Shown here: positions 54,518 through 64,000 of the stretch, piece by piece
Position numbering within the stretch: position 1 is the first letter of the stretch
How the letters are laid out: each line of letters starts with the position of its first letter
Source: Eledone cirrhosa
Taxonomy: Eukaryota
DNA: 64,000 bases
Direction: 5' to 3'
Assembly: GCA_964016885.1 (NCBI GenBank)
Contig: OZ024743.1
Coordinates: 288,486,001-288,550,000 of the forward strand
The notes under the pieces: generated by a model
Databases searched by the model: none
The model's input: only the letters and a program-made list of their open reading frames with translations
What the model was told of the DNA's origin: nothing
Position numbers and translations under genes: made by a program

Positions 54518-54995
54518 ATAGTTGCTGCAGCAGCAGCAATCCTACGTGCATTATTATATGCTACTACATGTTGACATGTATAGTTGATTTTAATGGCAGC
54601 TGCAGTTTAGCAGAATAAGAAATTAAGGAAACGCACCATATAGGCATATATATTTAGGCAACGAAAGGGATTTTAGTTAGTTAGTTTCTTTGTTCATCAG
54701 TTCAATAATGAAAGGTAATTTAGATTATTGCAATGAGCCGAAAGGACATTTTCTAGATTTGATCTCGATCATTTCGTTGTATAACTGTAACTTTGTCTCA
54801 TAGTTTGCTGTTGTTGTTGTTATAGCTTACATCTATGTAGGGTTAGCCGGCCTCATGTGTGTTTGTATGTTATATAAGGTTTCTTAGGTGTTTTAATGAT
54901 AGGAACATCTGTCCTAACATTGTAAACAATATGCCTCTTGGTGGCTACAGAGTGTTAACTACTAATTAGGGCTCAAGTATTTTCTGATTCTACAG

Positions 54996-55169
54996 GTACT
55001 TCTCAGATAAGCATGAGCCGTCCAAAAAAATGGGGGCTTGTCATAAATGAACATCAGATATTGGACAAATCAAAAACGCTGGATTTTACATGGTCACACA
55101 ACATATTAAAGTTACCAGCCAAATATATTTTAAGCATACACTACGTTAGAAATACTGGGTATTGTAGCG
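54996..55169 (+). CDS. Candidate internal host exon (174 nt, phase 1-1), possibly part of an FN3-like extracellular module
   Basis: Branch-like tactaat ~54960, acceptor tttctgattctacag, donor G|gtaagt, open frame TSQISMSRPKKWGLV..LDFTWSH..KYILSIHYVRNTGYCS. Confidence 0.55.
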
Positions 55170-55725
55170 GTAAGTTCCCTAGACAAAGAAAACTGGTGGG
55201 AGGTCACAATTTACTATAATTCTTCTGGGTTTGGGTTCCTAAGCATAATCCGTTGCCCTGTTTAACAGCACCGCTTCAGCCTTAAGTGACATTAGCAGAG
55301 TCTACTCGGTTCTAAATCGAGAATGCCTTTCACTTTTTAACTAAATATTTATGTAAAAAATGACGAAATATAATGGAATATATATTTTATTCAACCTTAC
55401 AAGAACACAAATAATGTAGACAAAGAAAAGTAAATATTTTAAGTCATTTAGTTCAGCGCTCAGCCGTTTCTAACAATCTAGATGGTGGTAATGATGATGG
55501 TATGGTGGGGTGATAGCTGCGACTTTCGGGAATGATGCTAGGTGCATCAGGATTGTTTCTCAGCGGTTGGTGGTCTCAGTGATGGGTGGTGGATTCTGGG
55601 TAGAGGAACGTAACAAGGCAACGGTTGAAGTAGGGTACCAGGAGATAATAGGGGAATAAAAAATTATATATATATATATATATATATAAACATTCATATA
55701 TATATATATTTTTTTTTTAAAATAA

Positions 55726-55812
<87 letters not shown>

Positions 55813-55817
55813 CATAC

Positions 55818-55849
<32 letters not shown>

Positions 55850-55884
55850 GTATGTATATATATATATATATGTATATATATATG

Positions 55885-55924
<40 letters not shown>

Positions 55925-55954
55925 TATAATTATAAATATATATATATATATAAT

Positions 55955-56029
<75 letters not shown>

Positions 56030-56048
56030 ATATATATATATTTATAAT

Positions 56049-56081
<33 letters not shown>

Positions 56082-56414
56082 ATATATGTGTATATATATA
56101 TATTTATAATTATATATATATATATACATATATACGTATATAATATGCATATATGTTTGAGCGTGTGTATAATGAAAAAGAGAAGGGGCGAAAGAGGCGC
56201 GTACACTTATTCAAAATAAACTTTTCACCAGCATTTGATATCTTAAGTGATTCTGTCCTACAAACACCACAACAGATGCAACACACTCATATATATGAGC
56301 AGTACAAATACACTATATAAATATATATATACAGTCATGAATCGTGGCGGTAGTATTATCCATTGTTTTTGTAGGTCTCGCTAATGGCTTGTGTTCCAAG
56401 AAGCAGTATGAGCA

Positions 56415-56705
56415 TATTGTTAAGAAGTTCCCTTCACTATCACGAAATTCCAGGTTCAATTCCAGTGCATTGCATCTTCACCTCCGGGAAATTGGGTAAA
56501 CGGCAACAATTAAGTACCAGCTCGGACGAGCTGTATCTGTAATTCAAAAGACAAGCCTTATCACATACCTAACGTGGAATCTCTCTGTGAATCGCGCTCT
56601 AATACACACGTGTCTGGGTATAAATTATCCATTTACACGTTAATTTAACGAATATGCCATTCCTTTGATCAAACATCTGAATAGTCATCGTCGAAACCGA
56701 CGATG
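56415..56705 (+). mobile_element. Old SINE family B
   Basis: ggttcaattcc B-box; body similar to ~61240-61510. Confidence 0.5.
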
Positions 56706-56924
56706 TGTGATAAATTAAGGGAGGTTACTCTGAGAAGATGCATGTTTATTAAAATAAGAACCCCAATTCAAAGCGGTATCCCCATAAAAATTACAGGGTC
56801 AATTAACCATTAATTGAAAGAATATAACAATATGTCACCCGAAGAACTGGAGCACATAAGATTCCACCCTCCTCATTTTTAACCCCGTTTTTTACACCCA
56901 TTTTTTCGGCTGAAGTTGGGAAAA

Positions 56925-57178
56925 TATATGTATATGTCACTACAATTATTTAATTACTGCAGTACCAATACAGCGTTTGTTATAAATAAATAAAGATTGA
57001 TTTTATTAAACTTTATTTATTCATAACATACGCTGTATTAGTGCTGTAGTAATTATAGTGACATATACATTTATTTTCCAAAGAAAAGGTGGCAGTGATT
57101 TCTAAGTTTCGATGATGGTGTCTCTTCAGATTACATTACGAATCAGGACAATCACTGAAACTTAGAAATCACTGCCAC
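56925..57178. repeat. Two adjacent long hairpins (~56925-57070 and 57089-57178)
   Basis: atgtcacta..aatacagcgt..aataaataaag / ctttatttatt..acgctgtatt..tagtgacat; gtggcagtgatttctaagtttc / gaaacttagaaatcactgccac. Confidence 0.85.
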
Positions 57179-57266
57179 ATTTTTTTCAGAAAATAAAATA
57201 TATATTCCGTTCACATGCACTGAGTGCTGATAAGTTAATATGTGAATGTTCTATGTACGTATGTGA

Positions 57267-57400
57267 AGGCGGTGAAGTCGTTAGAATGTCGGTATTAGTT
57301 TCGTGTCTCTGCTCCCTGAGTTCAAATCCCATCGAGGTCAACTTTGCAGTTCATCCATTCAAGGTCGATAAAAAAGTACCAATCAATTACTGGGGTCAAT
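57267..57400 (+). mobile_element. Diverged SINE family A
   Basis: gagttcaaatcc..gaggtcaactttgc..ggtcgataaa. Confidence 0.7.
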
Positions 57401-58457
57401 TCATCTTCTATATCTCTTGCTCACTTCCAATCATTCGCTCTCTATCCTTCTCTGGAAGAAATCTACAATATTCTGAGGTGGATAGGAGATGGGCCCCGCC
57501 AAACTTTAAAATATGCACTAGACACACCGTATGACAATGCGGTGCACCTACGATTCCCTGGGACCTACGGGTCCATACATACATGTATGTGTGTACATTT
57601 ACGTAGATAAAATATGCAAAGTTTGTGTAGGTATCTATTTTCAAATGTTATGGAAAACTCATCGTCGCTACAGACAGAGGTCCATTTCGTATTTCAGTGT
57701 TTGGGGATATGTTGGTTAATGTGATGGTGGTGATGGCTGCGATATTGTTGTTAGTTATATGGGAATGGTAGTTTAATCGAGTCAGTTGTTGTGACAGGGT
57801 GACAATAGAGTCGAGATGTAACAAAAAAAAAAATAATAATAATAATAATAAAAACGAAAAACGAAAAACAAAGAAGAGTAAAAAAACAATACAAAACAAA
57901 AGCTAATGTAACTACAAAACAAACAAAAAAATTCATAATAAAAAATAGAATGAGATGAAACTAAAAAGAAAAAGATGTTCCAAATAAGATGAAATAGTGT
58001 TGTGTAGGGGTGGAGGGATATCATGAAAAAGGGGGTGGTGAAGTGGAGTTAGATACCGAAATTTAAGTAATTTTGCAGCAACCTATGATATCATAGACAG
58101 AAAACAACAGAGACGTCCTGTCTGTCTGTATGTTTTTGTCTGTTTGTCTGTTTAGTTGTGTGTCTGTCTCTCACTGGTCTACTCAGTCCATCTATTTATG
58201 CTGGCCACTTTTATTCATATACCTCCGTTCGCACTATATATATATATATAATGTGTGATTCAGTGAATTACTGGTAGTGGTAACAAAGTAAGCACTCGAT
58301 GCACAGGCAGAGGGTATATATTAAGAAAAACAATGAAGTTTCGTTTACATGTAGTAGGTCTTTTTTGTGGGTGTAGCGACCAGTTATGCGCGTTTCGCAG
58401 AGAATGTAAACGAAACTTCAACATAATTTTCCTTATATATATATATATATATATATA

Positions 58458-58634
58458 GGAAAAAGTATGACCCCGACGGCAGAGCTCAAGCCGTTTCGTC
58501 CAGAAATAGCCATCGAAACGGCTTGAGCTCTGCCGTCGGGGTCATACTTTTTCCTATTACCCACTCTACTACTCTAAGTATTGAGTACTCTGGTGCGTTA
58601 TGGTCCATCTAGTTCCTTACCACATTTCCTTACC
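58458..58634. mobile_element. Inverted copy of the 1661-1842 fold-back element
   Basis: Palindrome 58458-58554, then the reverse complement of 1661-1740. Confidence 0.75.
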
Positions 58635-59146
58635 ATATATATATATATATACACACATGTAAAAAAATATGTCGCATCACTCTTTGTCAATCTGCCTCCC
58701 TCTCTCTCTTTGTATAACGAATATACACCTAGAAAGACACATGTGTGAGCAGGAGTGTTTATTAATTCTATTGCCTTCCTAAAAGTACAATGTATGCCCT
58801 ACCAAAGAGAGTGAAATAATTCTCACACAAGCACACATGCATACATATATACATACATACATACTTTCAGGCATATACAAACACAGTTACGCACACTCAA
58901 AACCCCCCACACACAAACACATATATATGTATATATACATAACAACTGTTCTCGGTATGGTGAACTAACTGTTGTGTTACTACTTCTACCTAACTCGTCC
59001 CATGGACTGAGTGCTCTACCACTACAGATATTACCTTCCAGTGTTCTACCCTAAATATATGTATATATATATATATATATATATACATATATATAGATGA
59101 GTGTGTGTGTGCGTGTGTGTGTGTGTGTGTGGGTGTGTGTGTGTGT

Positions 59147-59214
<68 letters not shown>

Positions 59215-59396
59215 GTGTGTGTGCGTGAGTATTCGGCAAATAAAATGGTTATTTGTAAAATCTCTGCTCTCGTTACACTATAATCTAGTCACGTGGCATA
59301 CAGAAAAGAATATGTCAAGAGAAGAAAGGTCATGTGATGTATATCAACAACAACTCATTTCACGTCAGAGACGTAAGGGTGTCGACTGCGCAGACA

Positions 59397-59464
<68 letters not shown>

Positions 59465-59477
59465 GTATATATATACA

Positions 59478-59648
<171 letters not shown>

Positions 59649-60408
59649 TTTATCAGAAAGTGGGTGTCGGCTCGCATGCTGATATTAAAAATCTAAAGTA
59701 AAAAATATGCGGTGCGAAAAAATAAAATATTAGTCGATGGCGAATATATTTTTTATTGCATTTTCAAGCATGTTCGGGACACAATTCTTGATATTTTTGT
59801 GTACATTTTCCGTTATCAACCGTAATAAAATCTCTGAATATGCCTCGCCGGGGAATGTCATTTATTCCCACTAGTTGATTTTAAGATAAGATCCACTCAC
59901 ATCCCCATAATCTTTATGCTCGAAAAAATTTCGCTGGGCTGATATTATTTGAATTATCTCCCTGCTATTCAAATTTCTTAGATCGGATGTTTTGTCTATT
60001 ATTCATTGCATGGATAATCTTAGATGACTAGAGTTAATCAACTCACTATATAACATACGTAAGATCTTAACCTATGGTTATGTTTTGGTAGGGCAGGGGA
60101 TACATTTTCCTATTTCTCTCTCTCTTTCTCCCAGTCTTCGTCATTGTCACTTCTTAGCCAACACACATACACACACATACACACACATACACGCACGTAC
60201 ATACACACGCACGCACAGCTACACACACGCACACACAGACACACACACACATACACTCAAACACACACAGACAGATGAACTACTATATATATATTTCTTT
60301 AGCGCTGTATCTCCCATTGTCTTACTGGTGCTCCCTTCATTCATAGTTATATTGTCTTGTAATAGTAGTAGTAGTAGTAGTAGTAGTAGCAGCGGCAGCA
60401 GCAGCGGC

Positions 60409-60476
<68 letters not shown>

Positions 60477-60745
60477 TATCGTTTACGTTTTGTACCTAAT
60501 TGAAAATCGAAATACTATCACTTGTTTCCTGTTTTCTTTCTGTTGTTGATGTTTTCGTTGTTTGTCTTTTGTATGCCATCCTCTCCTACGCACTCTTTCT
60601 CTCTTATATATATATATCAGTGTATATATACGTTTGTGTGTGTATGTGTGAGAGAGTGAGTGACAGAGACTATGCACACACACACAGATATAAAAAAAAA
60701 TATATATGTATGTATATATATACACACACACACACACACGCACGC

Positions 60746-60803
<58 letters not shown>

Positions 60804-60808
60804 ACACA

Positions 60809-60865
<57 letters not shown>

Positions 60866-61239
60866 CGTTTACTAAACGAAATGCTAAACCAGACGACAAT
60901 CGCTCTATGAATACGTAGTTGCGTGTATGCACGTACGAATATATGTGTATAAATGTATGTCTGTATGTTTGCATACAGGAACGTGTGTGTGTCTGTTGGT
61001 AGTTGACTCCAAAAGTGAAACCTGATCTGTTGATGTCAGTTTTGGGTCAATTGTCCAGCAGGTTCTCAAACAAGATTTTAATTTCACATGTCATCGAGTA
61101 TTTAAGTATTGCGTTATATACCTCCCAAGCATGTTGCGCTACTGATGGTGTAGTTCCTGTTGTAGTTGTTGTTGTTATTGTTGCTGTTGTTGTTTTGTAT
61201 CTTTCAATTTCTTTTTTTTAATTTTTGTTCTTATAATGA

Positions 61240-61510
61240 CAGTGATGTTCGGCTCACGATCATAACGTCATGATTTCGATTCGGGCAGCGAGTTATGTTC
61301 TTGAGCAAAACACTTTATTTCACATTGCTCAAGTTTACTTTGATGGCTAAAATGGGTTGTACCGCTGATTCAAAATGCCAGCTTTGTCACACAATTTCTC
61401 GCACTGAATCTCCATTTGAACTACATTAAAAGATACGTGTCTGTATAAGCTCGGTCAGTTTTACGTTTTTTTCACGAACAGTTTAGTGCAAGCTGGAACC
61501 AACGGAGTTC
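61240..61510 (+). mobile_element. SINE family B
   Basis: ttcggctcacgatc..ttcgattc..ttgagcaaaacactttatttcac. Confidence 0.65.
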
Positions 61511-62777
61511 CAACACATATTCACAACGGTTGATTTAGTTCTTGGTATGGCAGTAAAATAAAATAAGTGGCTGTTATTTCTGCTTTTAGACATTTCACTA
61601 GAAAGCTCTCAGCATTGTGATTGTTGATGTTTATGTTAGTGTTGTCGAGAACAATGACATTCACCATCATCACCATTCACCATTAATCTTTTGGAGTTAA
61701 GGGAGGTGCAAGGGCGTATATGAATGAAATGTGTGTGTGAATGATGTAAGTGTGTGTATATGTCTGATAATATATATGCGTGTGAATTAACTAAATGTGT
61801 ACGTTTGAGTGAGTGTGTGTGTGTGTGTGAGAGAGAAAGAGAGAGGGGGAGAGGGAGGAGTGAGAGAGCTAGAGAGGGAGAAAGACAGGGGGTGAGCGAG
61901 AGAGGGGGAGAACCAAATTACTAAGATACCAGCTTGAAATTTGATGTCAGTTCTGAGACTCTTACCAAGTTTTGAAGGCCTAGGTTATTAAATGATATCT
62001 GGGCCTGGGCATTTTGCCAACTATACACGGGCCTGTGTGCATCAACGCAGCAATTCGTTGCTAGTACTAAAAAGGTTCACCACCCCTGTACTAAAGTAAA
62101 CCGCGCATACTCCACAGAGCACTGTAAATGTGGAGAGTTATGTGATAGTGACATCTGTGGTATGATAGGAGACTGGCATAGCAACTACAAAGAATGGTAT
62201 TAGCAAGAGAAATTATGTCAAGAATTGGGTTCGCTCATCTTCCGTAGTCTCTCTGACATGACATGAGAAAAATAGCCCCGCTTTAAGACAAACTGTATTA
62301 CGCTTGTGTATAGATGTGAATCTGCATGTACATGTGTAGTTGCATATATGTAAATATATATATGCGTGTGTTCAAATGTATATATATATATTTTTGCATG
62401 TGTATGTATATGTATATGTGCATGTGTATATAAGCATTGATATATATATATGTATATATATGTATGTGTGCGTGTGAATGTGGGTGTGTGAGTGAAGGAA
62501 TGTTTATATATACATGAATTGTTTTTTTATTTATTTATTTTCAAGAAGCTGTTTAACGTGGGAAAGAATAAAAGATGCTGTCGAAATGATGTGGAAAGAA
62601 AAGAATATGATATGAAAGAAGAAGAAGAAGAAGAAGAAGAAGAAGAAGAAGAAGAAGAAGAAGAAGAAGAAGAAGAAGAAGGAGAAATATTAGAGTAAAG
62701 TCGACAACATGAGAGATAAATCATATCTGTAAGATATTAGAATGATGATTAAAAAATAAGTAAAGAAAGAGAGGGAA

Positions 62778-62870
<93 letters not shown>

Positions 62871-62966
62871 TATGTATGTATGTACATGTATATATATATG
62901 TATGTATGTATATGTGTATATATATACATATATATATATGTATGTATATATACATATATGCATGGG

Positions 62967-63083
<117 letters not shown>

Positions 63084-63249
63084 GAGAGAGAGAGTTAGAG
63101 AGAGAGAGTTGGGGAGGAGAAAAATAAGAGAGAGAAATAGGATAGGGGTGAAGGGAGAGATATAGTAAAAAAAATTAAAGCGATGTAAGGAAGTTGTAAG
63201 GAATAATTTAATAGATAACATGTAATTGGATAAACATGCTAACTGAATC

Positions 63250-63312
<63 letters not shown>

Positions 63313-63362
63313 GTGTGTGTGTGTGTGTACTGTTACGTGTAAATATATATATATATATATAA

Positions 63363-63411
<49 letters not shown>

Positions 63412-63746
63412 CTCATGTATGTATATATGATTGTGTGCGTGTCAATATATATATTCATAAGCATATGCATACCTATATGTGTATATACATATGCATATAT
63501 ATGCAGAGACATACGCATACATGTATGTATATTTGCATTATTTATATGTGTATCTATATAAGCATACGTAAGTGCGTGTGTATATGTTAAGGTGTCTATA
63601 CATATGTTTCAAATTAATATATTTTCAATTTAATATAGTATTTCGCTGTGACACACATATATGAGTATATATATATATATATGTGTATGTATATACATAT
63701 ATATATACATACACATATACATATATATATATACATATACATATAC

Positions 63747-63837
<91 letters not shown>

Positions 63838-63861
63838 TATATATATATATGTATATGTGTG

Positions 63862-63910
<49 letters not shown>

Positions 63911-63928
63911 ATATGTATATGTGTGTAT

Positions 63929-64000
<72 letters not shown>

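Noticed and set aside
62000-62090. Helitron 3' end (CTAG) or hAT terminal repeat
   Set aside because: Signals are short and no partner end was identified.

Overview
AT-rich, microsatellite-saturated animal DNA. The SINE families suggest octopus or another cephalopod, which is inference from recalled repeat families. The centre holds a near-identical 6602-bp tandem duplication (~19172-32376). Each unit carries an intact two-ORF L1/Tx1-clade LINE (CCHC-knuckle ORF1; APE-RT-zinc finger ORF2) head-to-head with a 5'-truncated R4/Dong-type restriction-like-endonuclease retrotransposon, both sitting in a (TTA/TAA)n tract. The rest contains many tRNA-derived SINEs (several with target-site duplications), decayed Tx1, RTE, CR1-like and mariner relics, and one good candidate host exon (54996-55169). 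The least explained signal is a set of short non-coding elements embedded in (TA)n tracts. They carry type I hammerhead ribozyme motifs with palindromic stem III, often inside fold-back inverted repeats. Four have intact cores and three have mutated cores; one shows a circularly permuted 321-nt unit. They look like Penelope-like or retrozyme-type non-autonomous elements. All folds and alignments were done by eye.
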